A stretch of DNA of 64,000 nucleotides from an uncultured virus (IMG/VR IMGVR_UViG_3300032073_002513) (Duplodnaviria > Heunggongvirae > Uroviricota > Caudoviricetes). The notes beneath the pieces were generated by a model. That model saw nothing but the letters and a program-made list of their open reading frames with translations, had not been told where the DNA came from and ran no database searches. The translations under genes were made by a program, and so were the position numbers. Below, one piece after another: positions 20,586 through 30,167 of the stretch. The stretch lies in the IMG/VR virus record IMGVR_UViG_3300032073_002513; one strand, written 5' to 3'. Within the stretch, counting starts at the first letter, position 1. Each line of letters opens with the position of its first letter.

Positions 20586-20593
20586 TATAAATA
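20586..20593 (+). promoter_or_regulatory. T4-type late promoter
   Basis: TATAAATA upstream of gp23. Confidence 0.8.
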
Positions 20594-20638
20594 ATTAGGT
20601 TATAGAAATAACAAACAAAGTAAAACAAGGAGAAACTG

Positions 20639-21904
20639 ATGTATCTTTCAGAAGAACTACAAAATAAGTGGAGCCCAGTTCTTGAACATCCTGAACTCAA
20701 TGAGATCAAGGACCCGTACAAGAAGGCGGTAACCACAGTAGTACTCGAAAACCAAGAGAAGGCTCTTCGTGAAGAAAAAGAAGCTCTTTTCGAGGCTACA
20801 CATGCTAACCAAACAGGTGCAAGCGTTGACAACTACGATCCTATATTGATCTCACTAGTTAGACGTGCTTTACCTAACCTTATGGCTTACGATGTTTGTG
20901 GAGTACAACCAATGTCTGGACCAACTGGTCTAATCTTTGCAATGAAATCTCATTTCACCAGTCAAACTGGCGCTGAGGCTTTATTCAACGAAGCAGACAC
21001 TGATTTCTCAGGTGCAGGTACACATGCTGGAGCTAATCCAGTAGACGGTACTTACACTACAGGAAACGGGGTATCTACAAGCACTGCAGAAGGTTTTGGA
21101 GACTCAACTACACTAAATGAAATGGCTTTCTCAATCGAGAAAACAACTGTTACTGCTAAGTCCAGAGCGTTAAAAGCTCAGTACACAGTAGAACTAGCAC
21201 AAGACTTGAAAGCTGTTCATGGTTTAGATGCGGAATCCGAACTTTCCAATATTCTTTCTCAAGAAATTCTTGCAGAAATTAATCGTGAAGTTATTAGAAC
21301 TATCTACAAAGTAGCAAAAACTGGTTCTGCCAGCACAGCTACTGCCGGAACATTTGACTTAGATGTCGACAGTAACGGAAGATGGTCCGTAGAAAGATTT
21401 AAAGGTCTTTTATTTAATATCGAGCGTGATGCTAATGTCATCGCACAAGACACAAGGCGTGGTAAAGGTAACTTCATCATCTGTTCATCAGATGTTGCTA
21501 GTGCTCTTTCAATGTCAGGTGTACTTGACTATGCTCCAGCATTATCAACTAATTTAAATGTTGATGACACAGGTAATACATTTGCTGGCGTACTTAACGG
21601 TCGTTATAAAGTATACATTGACCCATATTCTGCAAATACAGGAGCTGCTAGCCAGTTCTATGTATGTGGTTATAAAGGCACAAGCCCTTATGACGCAGGT
21701 CTATTCTACTGTCCGTATGTTCCACTACAAATGGTAAGGGCAATTGACCCTGCTACATTCCAGCCAAAAATTGGTTTCAAAACCAGGTATGGCATGATAG
21801 CTAACCCATTCGTAATGCAGTCAGACGGCACTACAGATGGAGACACATTTACAGCAGACAGAAACCAATACTACAGAAGTGTAAAAGTTTCTAACTTAAT
21901 GTAA
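20639..21904 (+). CDS. gp23: Major capsid protein gp23
   Basis: GVQPMSGPTGLIFA, KSRALKA, ELAQDLKAVHGLDAE, FQPKIGFKTRYG. Confidence 0.98.
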   Translation: MYLSEELQNKWSPVLEHPELNEIKDPYKKAVTTVVLENQEKALREEKEALFEATHANQTGASVDNYDPILISLVRRALPNLMAYDVCGVQPMSGPTGLIFAMKSHFTSQTGAEALFNEADTDFSGAGTHAGANPVDGTYTTGNGVSTSTAEGFGDSTTLNEMAFSIEKTTVTAKSRALKAQYTVELAQDLKAVHGLDAESELSNILSQEILAEINREVIRTIYKVAKTGSASTATAGTFDLDVDSNGRWSVERFKGLLFNIERDANVIAQDTRRGKGNFIICSSDVASALSMSGVLDYAPALSTNLNVDDTGNTFAGVLNGRYKVYIDPYSANTGAASQFYVCGYKGTSPYDAGLFYCPYVPLQMVRAIDPATFQPKIGFKTRYGMIANPFVMQSDGTTDGDTFTADRNQYYRSVKVSNLM

Positions 21905-21927
21905 TTAGGTCTTTTCGGAAACGAATT

Positions 21928-21957
21928 AAAACGGGCTACTTAGTAGCCCGTTTTTTT
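21928..21957. terminator. Intrinsic terminator, likely bidirectional
   Basis: AAAACGGGCTAC-TTA-GTAGCCCGTTTTTTT between convergent genes. Confidence 0.9.
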
Positions 21958-21966
21958 GACTTGAAT

Positions 21967-22197
21967 TTATTTTTGATTTACAAATTCGTTGAGTTTAACA
22001 GCTACTGCTATAACATCTTCAGCCGTCATTGGTTTTAGTATAGGAAACTCAGGATAAGGAATATCCTTTGCATCTTGTGCTCTACAAACATCTTGATGAT
22101 ATTTGTCTACAGCCATATTACGGTTTTGTTCTACTATACATTGTGCTTGACTAAGCAATTCGGCTCGTATTTCAAAGCCTGATTTATTCTCTGACAT
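21967..22197 (-). CDS. Hypothetical protein
   Basis: MSENKSGFEIRAELL..; RBS AGGAG; isolated minus-strand gene. Confidence 0.7.
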   Translation of the reverse strand: MSENKSGFEIRAELLSQAQCIVEQNRNMAVDKYHQDVCRAQDAKDIPYPEFPILKPMTAEDVIAVAVKLNEFVNQK

Positions 22198-22271
22198 AAT
22201 TTTCTCCTGTGTGTGTGTCAAGTCCAAATTTATTTTGGACATACTATATATACAAAAGGTATTAGTCCTTC

Positions 22272-22305
22272 TTTACTTATGGTTAGACATAAAGTATTAT
22301 AAATA
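22272..22305 (+). promoter_or_regulatory. Possible sigma70 promoter overlapping a late promoter upstream of iscU
   Basis: TTTACT-17-TATTAT plus TATAAATA at 22298. Confidence 0.6.
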
Positions 22306-22327
22306 CTAATAAGACAAGGTAACTAAT

Positions 22328-22756
22328 ATGGCATATTCAAAAAAGGTAGTAGATAGATTTAATGATGTTTTAAATAACCCAAAATCACATGGAGTTGGCA
22401 GGTTCGATCCTAAAGACCCAAATGTTGCTACAGGCATGACGGGAGCACCGGCATGTGGAGATGTTATGAAGTTAGATTTAAAAGTAAATCCAGATACTGA
22501 TGTTATTGAAGATGTAAAGTTCAAAACATACGGTTGTGGAAGTGCTATTGCTAGTTCTACAATGTTTGTGGAAATGTTAAAGGGTATTACAATGACTCAG
22601 GCTTTAGAAATTAAAGATAAAGACATTGCAGAAGCTTTAGAATTACCACCTATTAAATTACATTGTTCTGTATTAGCAGAAGATAGTATTAAAAGAGCCC
22701 TACAAGATTGGGACGAAAAAAAGAAACATAGAAATCATAATAGGGGGCCTGAATGA
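22328..22756 (+). CDS. iscU: Fe-S cluster scaffold IscU
   Basis: GAPACGDVM, FKTYGCGSAIAS, LPPIKLHC (three Cys plus LPPxK). Confidence 0.96.
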   Translation: MAYSKKVVDRFNDVLNNPKSHGVGRFDPKDPNVATGMTGAPACGDVMKLDLKVNPDTDVIEDVKFKTYGCGSAIASSTMFVEMLKGITMTQALEIKDKDIAEALELPPIKLHCSVLAEDSIKRALQDWDEKKKHRNHNRGPE

Positions 22757-23073
22757 TAGAATGGACCGATGAAGCAATGGAACAAGTGATTGAAAGATTA
22801 GAAAAGAAAAAATCACCTGGTATTAGATTAGCATTGTTAGGCGGTGGTTGTGCAGGCTTTAAATATGATTTTAATTATGCTGATGGACCTAATAACGATC
22901 AGGATGAGGAACTAGACTTTGGAAAATTCAAAATGTGGATATGTCCTATGTCGGCAGGTTACTTAGCTGGTACAGTTATTGGATGGCGAGTAGAAGGATT
23001 GGTAGAAGAATTTACATTTTGGAATCCAGCAGAATCTAGCGCTTGTGGTTGTGGAGAAAGCGTAGGATTTTAA
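22753..23073 (+). CDS. iscA: A-type Fe-S carrier (IscA/HesB family)
   Basis: GGGCAGFKY and CGCGES motifs. Confidence 0.88.
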   Translation: MIEWTDEAMEQVIERLEKKKSPGIRLALLGGGCAGFKYDFNYADGPNNDQDEELDFGKFKMWICPMSAGYLAGTVIGWRVEGLVEEFTFWNPAESSACGCGESVGF

Positions 23074-23088
23074 TGATGGAGATAAAAA

Positions 23089-23247
23089 ATGGCAAAAACA
23101 TGGAGTGGAAAACTCACACATAGTGGTGTAAAGAAAGCAACATCACAGGGCGTCGGAGGAAGAGGTAGAAAAGTTAAACTTGCTACTTCCACGATGAATA
23201 AAAACAGAAAAAGAAGTTATAAAAAGTACAGAGGACAAGGTAGATGA
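23089..23247 (+). CDS. Small basic protein
   Basis: Manual translation MAKTWSGK...KKATSQG...KRSYKKYRGQGR; RBS GGAG; ATGA overlap with next gene. Confidence 0.7.
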   Translation: MAKTWSGKLTHSGVKKATSQGVGGRGRKVKLATSTMNKNRKRSYKKYRGQGR

Positions 23248-23828
23248 CAACAACCAATATTACGAATGTTTCAGAAGCATCGTGGAGTAATGCTAACCCA
23301 AATGAGTTAGACTATTTGCGTCCTAACGCATTTAAATTTCAGATACATAACATTCCTAATACAAGTTACTTCTGTAACGCTGCTAACATACCAGAAATGA
23401 ATTTGCCACCTGCAATTCAACCCAATCCTTTAGTAGATATAGGACACCCAGGCGATAAAATAGAATTTGGTACTTTAATGATACGATTCCTCATACAAGA
23501 GGACATGAAAAATTATAAAGAACTATATGATTGGATGGTAGGCCTAGGTTTCCCTAAAGACAGCAAGCAATTTGCAGAATATACAAAAACACAAAACTAT
23601 AGGTTCCCAGATATATCACCTGAGAGCTCACAAGGGTTAGGACAGTATAGTGATGCTACACTTACCCTATTAGATTCAAACAACAACGCAAAAGTGGTAA
23701 TTAGTTTCGTCGATGCTTTCCCTACAAGTTTACAGGGTTTGGATTTTGAGATAGTAACAGGCAGTACAGATTATATGATGGGTGTTGCTATGTTTAAGTA
23801 CTCATTATTTGAAATCGAAGTCTTATAA
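23244..23828 (+). CDS. gp3: Tail completion/tube terminator gp3-like
   Basis: YFCNAANIP, PGDKIEF, FLIQEDMKNY.ELYDW, SDATL, DAFPTSL. Confidence 0.85.
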   Translation: MTTTNITNVSEASWSNANPNELDYLRPNAFKFQIHNIPNTSYFCNAANIPEMNLPPAIQPNPLVDIGHPGDKIEFGTLMIRFLIQEDMKNYKELYDWMVGLGFPKDSKQFAEYTKTQNYRFPDISPESSQGLGQYSDATLTLLDSNNNAKVVISFVDAFPTSLQGLDFEIVTGSTDYMMGVAMFKYSLFEIEVL

Positions 23829-23850
23829 TACCAAAAGGTACAATAACTAG

Positions 23851-23879
23851 TTGACTCTTACATAGCAAGAGTCTATAAT
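23851..23879 (+). promoter_or_regulatory. Sigma70 promoter with internal palindrome (uvsY)
   Basis: TTGACT-17-TATAAT containing GACTCTT-N7-AAGAGTC. Confidence 0.85.
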
Positions 23880-23888
23880 GTATATATT

Positions 23889-24332
23889 ATGATAACTCTA
23901 AAAGAACTACAAGACATGTGGCAAGAAGACTGTAAGGTTGATGAACTTAACCTTGGACAGGAGTCTACACGCATACCAGAACTACATTCTAAGTATCTTA
24001 ACCATTTATCTACACTAAGACTACAATGTCGCAGATCCCAAAGTGAATTATTTAAAATGAGAAGGCTGAAGTGGAAGTATTATCGAGGTGAGTTAGATCA
24101 AAAGGAATTGAATGAAAGAGGCTGGGATCAGTACTTAGGTAACGCTCCTCTTAATAATCAGATGAATGAGTTCTTAGACACAGACGAAGATGTTATTAAA
24201 TTAACCGATAAATTGGAGTATTTAAACACTTGTTTGACCCTGTGTGAGAGTGTTATGAAGTCGATTTCTAGTCGTTCTTTTGATATTAAAAACGCAATTG
24301 AATGGACTAAGTTTACAAACGGGTCTTACTAG
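23889..24332 (+). CDS. uvsY: Recombination mediator UvsY
   Basis: IPELHSKYL, KWKYYRG, IKNAIEWTKF. Confidence 0.92.
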   Translation: MITLKELQDMWQEDCKVDELNLGQESTRIPELHSKYLNHLSTLRLQCRRSQSELFKMRRLKWKYYRGELDQKELNERGWDQYLGNAPLNNQMNEFLDTDEDVIKLTDKLEYLNTCLTLCESVMKSISSRSFDIKNAIEWTKFTNGSY

Positions 24333-24369
24333 TGAAAAATATTTGGCCGGTATCTAGGAGCAAAAAAAG

Positions 24370-25836
24370 TTGATCAAGGTTTCTAAAAAAGACGAAGTAC
24401 ATATTAGTGTAGATACAGATCCAAGTACTGCACAAGAGATATGTGACTTCTTTACTTTTGAAATACCTGGTGCCAAGTTTATGCCTCTATACAAGAAGAA
24501 AGTATGGGACGGCAAAGCAAGATTGTTTAATATATACAACCGAGAATTATACATAGGTCTTTTGCCTTACTTGAAAGAGTTTGCAGAAACCTTAGAGTAT
24601 AATATAGAAGTAAACATGCCTGACATAGGCGAAACCATAGACATAGATAGATTTACTAATGAATTGAGGTTACAATCCAATGGAAAACAAATCGAAATTA
24701 GAGATTATCAGAAAGAAGCGGTTACAAAGGCAATTAATGTTGGGAGAACTCTCCTCTTATCTCCAACTGCTTCTGGGAAGTCTCTTATTATTTATAGCCT
24801 TATCCGTTATCACCAACTGAAAGGTAGAAAGCAACTAGTAATTGTGCCTACTACATCTTTGGTAGAACAAATGTATGGAGACTTTCAGGACTATGCTACG
24901 GCAGACACTTGGCAAGTAACAGAAAATTGTCATAGGATATATGGTGGTAAAGAAAAAACAAATGAATATCCTATAACAATAAGTACATGGCAATCTATAT
25001 ACAAGTATCCTAAAAAATGGTTTGAACAATTTGAAGTAGTATATGGAGATGAGGCACACTTGTTTAAAGCAAAATCATTAACAACATTAATGAACAAGCT
25101 TACAAACACACCTTTTAGAATAGGAACAACAGGTACATTAGATGGAACTAAGACACATAGGCTTGTACTAGAAGGTGTGTTTGGACAAGTACACAAGGTT
25201 ACAACTACTAAAAAATTAATGGACGATAAGCAACTAGCCACATTAAAAATTTTATGTTGTATGATTAACTGGAAGGACGCACATAGAAAAGAAGTAAAGG
25301 GTATGACTTACCAAGAAGAAATAGATTGGATAGTAACACACCCAGATCGTAATGAAATTATAAGAAAATTAACTGTTGCACAAGACGGTAACACACTTGT
25401 TCTATTTCAATTTGTAGAAAAGCATGGTACAGTATTACATGAAATGATAAGCAAAACAGTTAAAGAAAACAGAAAAGTATTCTTTGTATATGGTGGCACA
25501 GATACAGAGGTAAGAGAAGAAATAAGAGCTATTACAGAAACACAAAACGATGCTATCATCATTGCCTCATACGGCACATTTTCAACGGGTATAAATATAA
25601 GGAACCTTCATAATATTGTGTTTGCCTCGCCTAGTAAGAGTAGAATAAGAAACTTACAGAGTATAGGACGAGGACTTCGTAAAGGAGAGAACAAAGTATC
25701 ATGTAATCTTTTTGATATTGGTGATGATTTAGCGTGGAAGTCTAAAAAGAATTACACACTTAACCACTTAATAGAGAGGATCAAGATTTATAACGAAGAA
25801 GGTTTCGATTATAAACTTGTTAAATTAGATGTCTGA
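24370..25836 (+). CDS. uvsW: DNA helicase UvsW
   Basis: WDGK, SPTASGKS, GDEAH, QSIGRGLR; TTG start with GGAG RBS. Confidence 0.95.
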   Translation: MIKVSKKDEVHISVDTDPSTAQEICDFFTFEIPGAKFMPLYKKKVWDGKARLFNIYNRELYIGLLPYLKEFAETLEYNIEVNMPDIGETIDIDRFTNELRLQSNGKQIEIRDYQKEAVTKAINVGRTLLLSPTASGKSLIIYSLIRYHQLKGRKQLVIVPTTSLVEQMYGDFQDYATADTWQVTENCHRIYGGKEKTNEYPITISTWQSIYKYPKKWFEQFEVVYGDEAHLFKAKSLTTLMNKLTNTPFRIGTTGTLDGTKTHRLVLEGVFGQVHKVTTTKKLMDDKQLATLKILCCMINWKDAHRKEVKGMTYQEEIDWIVTHPDRNEIIRKLTVAQDGNTLVLFQFVEKHGTVLHEMISKTVKENRKVFFVYGGTDTEVREEIRAITETQNDAIIIASYGTFSTGINIRNLHNIVFASPSKSRIRNLQSIGRGLRKGENKVSCNLFDIGDDLAWKSKKNYTLNHLIERIKIYNEEGFDYKLVKLDV

Positions 25837-26212
25837 TATAAGCATATTAAAATTAATGGACGGCACTACAATCGTAGGCAGACTAACACAAGACGGAGAT
25901 CTTGTAGAAATAGAACATCCAATAGAATTGGTGTCTAATATAACACCTGTTGGAAATATATTAGGTGAGCAAGTAAGTTTAAGACCTTATGTTGCTATAG
26001 CACAAGAACATATTTTTACTATAGAAAGATATAATGTTATTAATATATCTACTCTACAGGAAAATTTTGTTGACGGCTATGAAAGAATGGTAGAAAATAT
26101 TTATTTCAGAGAACAACAATGGGACGGTGACTTAATGTCAGAGGAACCAGACTTAGATATAGATACAATGACAGAACTTGCAGATGCAATTATAAAGAAA
26201 CAAATACATTAG
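25829..26212 (+). CDS. Hypothetical protein (possibly Sm-like fold)
   Basis: ILKLMDGTTIVG N-terminus; between uvsW and gp55. Confidence 0.6.
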   Translation: MSDISILKLMDGTTIVGRLTQDGDLVEIEHPIELVSNITPVGNILGEQVSLRPYVAIAQEHIFTIERYNVINISTLQENFVDGYERMVENIYFREQQWDGDLMSEEPDLDIDTMTELADAIIKKQIH

Positions 26213-26221
26213 GAGTATATT

Positions 26222-26827
26222 ATGGCAAAAAGACGTGACCCTAACTCGGCACACTATATAGACAACAAGGAGTTCCTTGTAAAGATTAGTGCTTACCGAG
26301 AGGAAAGAATTGAAGCAGAAGAGAGTGGAGATGAAAGACCACAAGTAACAAATTATATAGGCGAGTGCTTTGTTAAAATAGCAAATCATTTAGCATATAA
26401 ATCTAACTTTGTAAACTATACATTTAGAGATGAAATGATTTTAGATGGTATTGAAAACTGTCTTACATATATGGATAACTTTGATCCAGCAAAATCTAAA
26501 AATCCTTTTGCATACTTTACACAAATCACATACTACGCTTTCATTAGGCGTATCCAAAAAGAAAAAAGACAAATGGAAACTAAGTTCAAATATATTAAGA
26601 GCTTAGATATAGATCAAATCTTAGAACAAAGCGCAGACGGAAGTGAACACTCTAATGATTACCTAAGTTATATGAGAGGCATGATTGAGCAAGCAGAGGC
26701 AGATAATGCTAAAGCTGACGCAGCTAACGCAGGTAAAAAGATGCCTAAGCGTAGACCTAAATACTTAGATGAAAAAATTAAGGCAGAGGAAGCAGCAGCT
26801 AAGGCAGAGGAAGATGCGAAAAGCTAG
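26222..26827 (+). CDS. gp55: Late sigma factor gp55
   Basis: HYIDNKEF, NFVNYT, NPFAYFTQI.YYAFIRRIQKEK. Confidence 0.96.
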   Translation: MAKRRDPNSAHYIDNKEFLVKISAYREERIEAEESGDERPQVTNYIGECFVKIANHLAYKSNFVNYTFRDEMILDGIENCLTYMDNFDPAKSKNPFAYFTQITYYAFIRRIQKEKRQMETKFKYIKSLDIDQILEQSADGSEHSNDYLSYMRGMIEQAEADNAKADAANAGKKMPKRRPKYLDEKIKAEEAAAKAEEDAKS

Positions 26828-27383
26828 TAAAGATATAAAAGGATTTTATGAGTGGGACTTTACAGACATTGTTGCTGAACTTCCTGACAAAGGTAAACTT
26901 ATAGAAATAGGTTCTTATGTAGGCAAGTCTGCGGTATCTTGGGCTGAAGCATTTGAAAAGGCAGGTAAGGATTATACTATACATTGTGTTGAAGTATTTG
27001 TAGGTATAGGTAATACAGGTAGAGCTTCAGTAATGAATGAAGAATTAAAAACATTTCTGGATAGTTTAATGTGTACTGCTGAAGAACAAGAACAACAGTT
27101 TATAGAGAATACAAAGGGCTGGAATATAACATACGAAAAGAAACACTTTACAGAAGATTTTGAATTGGCAGAGGAGTATACAGTACTATGGTATGATGCT
27201 AATCATTCAGAACAATCTGTAACAACAGCAATTAATTATTGGCAGGACAAAGTACAAACAATGGTTATTGATTGTTATGATACGGTTCATCCAGAGACTA
27301 TGACAGCAATAGATACATCTGGTTTAAACTTTAAACTATTTGAATTTAACAAGGGAACAAAGGGGATAGCATTATTTGGTTGA
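26814..27383 (+). CDS. Class I SAM-dependent methyltransferase
   Basis: IEIGSYVGKSA, YDANH. Confidence 0.75.
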   Translation: MRKASKDIKGFYEWDFTDIVAELPDKGKLIEIGSYVGKSAVSWAEAFEKAGKDYTIHCVEVFVGIGNTGRASVMNEELKTFLDSLMCTAEEQEQQFIENTKGWNITYEKKHFTEDFELAEEYTVLWYDANHSEQSVTTAINYWQDKVQTMVIDCYDTVHPETMTAIDTSGLNFKLFEFNKGTKGIALFG

Positions 27384-27412
27384 AAAGGTCAACCAAAAGC
27401 GCTAAGAGTAGG

Positions 27413-27441
27413 TTGATTCTTACTTCACCCTTATATATAAT
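27413..27441 (+). promoter_or_regulatory. Sigma70 promoter for the deazaguanine cluster
   Basis: TTGATT-17-TATAAT; hairpin TTTGGTTGA/TCAACCAAA just upstream (27375-27397). Confidence 0.75.
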
Positions 27442-27449
27442 ATCATATT

Positions 27450-28328
27450 ATGAAACTGAGATACAGCGAAGCATTTTATAGCATACAAGGCGAAGGTAGA
27501 TTTGTAGGAGTACCTAGTGTATTCTTAAGAGTCTTTGGCTGTAACTTTGAATGCGCTGGTTTCGGACAAGAGCGTGGCAAGTATATTGCTACAGACCAAA
27601 TGCCTTATATGACAGATCCTAAAGGCGATAAAAATCACCCAGAAGCTTATAAAGATATTTCAGAACTGCCTGTCACGCCTGTAGGTTGTGATAGTTCTGC
27701 TTCTTGGGCTATGAAATATAAACATTTACAAATGACTAAGACTGTTGATGAGGTATATGAACACATTATAAGTCTTTTACCTAATGGAAGATTTGATGAG
27801 AAGAATGATATACATTTGGTTATTACAGGTGGAGAACCTTTACTCGGTTGGCAAAGAGTATGGCCTGAATTAATTAAAATGTGTATGGAAGTAGGTTTGA
27901 CTAATGTAACATTTGAAACTAATGGAACACAATTAATTAAACCTGAACTAGCAAACTTCTTTAATGAAAATTATAAGGGTATACATGTAACTTGGAGTAC
28001 ATCTCCTAAGTTAAGTCTTAGTGGTGAGAAGAATGAAGATGCTTTAATACCTGACGCACTTGTTACAATGAACCAGGTTGTTAATTCTCACTTGTATAAT
28101 AAATTTGTCGTTAGAGACATAACAGACTTCGAAGAAGTTGATAAGTTTTATCTAACTTATCAGAAAAGTGGCGTACAAATAGATGCTGTTTACTGTATGC
28201 CAGAAGGCGCTACACTAGAACAACAAACACTAACTGCTAAAGGCGTAGCAGAGGCTTGTATGAAAACAGGATACAAGTTTAGCCCTCGATTACATATCGA
28301 TTTATTTGGCAACGCTTGGGGTACATGA
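27450..28328 (+). CDS. queE: 7-carboxy-7-deazaguanine synthase (radical SAM)
   Basis: EAFYSIQGEG, FLRVFGCNFEC, ITGGEP, ETNGT, SPK, SPRLH. Confidence 0.92.
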   Translation: MKLRYSEAFYSIQGEGRFVGVPSVFLRVFGCNFECAGFGQERGKYIATDQMPYMTDPKGDKNHPEAYKDISELPVTPVGCDSSASWAMKYKHLQMTKTVDEVYEHIISLLPNGRFDEKNDIHLVITGGEPLLGWQRVWPELIKMCMEVGLTNVTFETNGTQLIKPELANFFNENYKGIHVTWSTSPKLSLSGEKNEDALIPDALVTMNQVVNSHLYNKFVVRDITDFEEVDKFYLTYQKSGVQIDAVYCMPEGATLEQQTLTAKGVAEACMKTGYKFSPRLHIDLFGNAWGT

Positions 28329-28537
28329 TGAAATGGAAACAAATTAAAGAAACATTATGGGGACAAAATCCTCAGCAAGAAATTGATACTTGGAAAGATC
28401 CAGATCCAGATGATGTAACAATAGATAATGCTTACAAAACAAGATGGATTTGGTACCATACAATCCTAGCAGTAGAATTATTTCTAGTAGTTATTATTCA
28501 ACTGTTAATACTATTTTTATTGGCGGTAAAACTATGA
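28325..28537 (+). CDS. Small membrane protein
   Basis: Hydrophobic C-terminal helix; overlaps both neighbours. Confidence 0.6.
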   Translation: MMKWKQIKETLWGQNPQQEIDTWKDPDPDDVTIDNAYKTRWIWYHTILAVELFLVVIIQLLILFLLAVKL

Positions 28538-28959
28538 CAGGTGACGCAACAAAACTTTATATATCGTGGGAAGATGTTAATGAATTAGTCTTTAAATTAT
28601 TTAAAGAGTTAGGAAAACAAGATATAGACAAAGTGGTAGGCATATCAAGAGGTGGATTAATACCTGGTGTTATGCTTTCACATTGGCTAGGCGCTGGCTT
28701 TGAACCACTTGAATGGCAAACTAGAGATGGTGAGTTTCAAGATAAGATTAAAGCTAACGGATTCAACAAAAATTTAAAGGGCACTATTTTTGTTGATGAT
28801 ATATGTGATAGTGCCTTAACAATAAAACAGATCAAGGAAATTATTCCAAACAGCAGGTGGGCTGTATTACACCAAAAAGCAGACATAGAGCTTGACTTTG
28901 TAGGCGAAAGACTGCATAATAACGACAAAAGATGGATAGTTTACCCTTGGGAAACATAA
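28534..28959 (+). CDS. Purine phosphoribosyltransferase (Gpt-like)
   Basis: VGISRGGLIPG, FVDDICDSALT, WIVYPWE. Confidence 0.9.
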   Translation: MTGDATKLYISWEDVNELVFKLFKELGKQDIDKVVGISRGGLIPGVMLSHWLGAGFEPLEWQTRDGEFQDKIKANGFNKNLKGTIFVDDICDSALTIKQIKEIIPNSRWAVLHQKADIELDFVGERLHNNDKRWIVYPWET

Positions 28960-28977
28960 TCTCATACAGGAGACAAA

Positions 28978-29658
28978 ATGATTAGTGAAGAGATAAAAGC
29001 TAGGTTACTAGAAACAGGACAAAGATTCCATGCGTCTGATAATATATCAGATGTTCTAGAGCCAGGCGATAAAGATAAATTGATTGATGAATTGGCTGGC
29101 AAGTTCCATGATGTTCTAAAGTCATTAGTAATAGATGTAGAAGGCGACCCTAACAGTATAGACACTGGTAGGCGTATGGCAAAAATGTATATAAACGAAA
29201 TTATGTCAGGTAGATATAATAAAATGCCAGACCCTAACAGTTTTCCTAACTATGTAGAAGATGGTTATGAAGGTATGTTGGTTGTGAGAAGTGAATTGAA
29301 AAGTGTATGTTCTCATCATCACCAAGCAGTTCGAGGCACAGCATACATAGGACTTATTGCAGGAGATAAACTATTAGGTCTAAGTAAGTACACAAGGATT
29401 GCACAATGGTGTGCTATGCGTGGTACATTACAAGAAGAACTTAATGTTATGATCGCTAATAAGATACAAGAACATACAGGCGCTGAACATGTAGGTGTTT
29501 ATGTACAAGCAACGCATGGTTGTTGTGAGAACAGAGGCATTAAGGCACATAGTTCCTTAACACAGACAACTGTATTAAGAGGCGGATTTAAAAATTCAGA
29601 CTTGAAGAAAGAATTTTTCGATAACATTAAATTACAACAAGAGTTTGCACCAAGATAA
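28978..29658 (+). CDS. folE: GTP cyclohydrolase I
   Basis: CSHHH, GLSK, QEEL, HGCCENRG. Confidence 0.95.
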   Translation: MISEEIKARLLETGQRFHASDNISDVLEPGDKDKLIDELAGKFHDVLKSLVIDVEGDPNSIDTGRRMAKMYINEIMSGRYNKMPDPNSFPNYVEDGYEGMLVVRSELKSVCSHHHQAVRGTAYIGLIAGDKLLGLSKYTRIAQWCAMRGTLQEELNVMIANKIQEHTGAEHVGVYVQATHGCCENRGIKAHSSLTQTTVLRGGFKNSDLKKEFFDNIKLQQEFAPR

Positions 29659-30167
29659 TGAATATTAATGGTAAACATGTAGTCGTTGATTTAGAAACAC
29701 TTAGTACACATGCAGATGCATGTATTGTTTCTATTGGTGCAGTGCTTATTGACAACTTAGAAATCTCAGATACATTTTATATTAATGTTGATGGTAGAAC
29801 TTGTAAAGAAGCAGGACTACATATAGAACCTGATACAATAAAATGGTGGGGCGAACAAAGTAAAGAGGCACAAGAAGCTTGGCAAAAGAATCCTGTTCCA
29901 TTACAAGAAGCAATTGATAAATTTACATTATGGTATGGCAAAGAGTCTATTCCTATTTGGGGGTACGGTGCTAACTTTGATGTAGTAATATTAGAGAGTG
30001 CTTATAGAGCCTTGAACATGCCTTTCCCTTGGAAGTTCTGGGACATCTCTTGTTTAAGAACAATAATGAATGTCTTAGATAAAAGATTACCTAAGGCAAA
30101 CAATCACAATGCGTTAGATGATGCTACGGCAGAGGCGAAAGTATTAATTGAGATATTAAAATCATGA
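29658..30167 (+). CDS. DEDDh 3'-5' exonuclease (DexA-like)
   Basis: VDLETL, GANFDV, HNALDDA. Confidence 0.88.
   Translation: MNINGKHVVVDLETLSTHADACIVSIGAVLIDNLEISDTFYINVDGRTCKEAGLHIEPDTIKWWGEQSKEAQEAWQKNPVPLQEAIDKFTLWYGKESIPIWGYGANFDVVILESAYRALNMPFPWKFWDISCLRTIMNVLDKRLPKANNHNALDDATAEAKVLIEILKS

Noticed and set aside
5004..20832. Many minus-strand and alternate-frame ORFs over structural genes
   Set aside because: Shadow ORFs of codon-biased genes with no RBS or motifs.
22208..22217. TG dinucleotide run upstream of the minus-strand gene
   Set aside because: Short; reads as an unstructured ACACAC leader before the RBS, with no evidence of phase variation.
25590..25597. TATAAATA inside uvsW
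   Set aside because: Coincides with the conserved GINI helicase motif codons, so it cannot be called a promoter from sequence alone.
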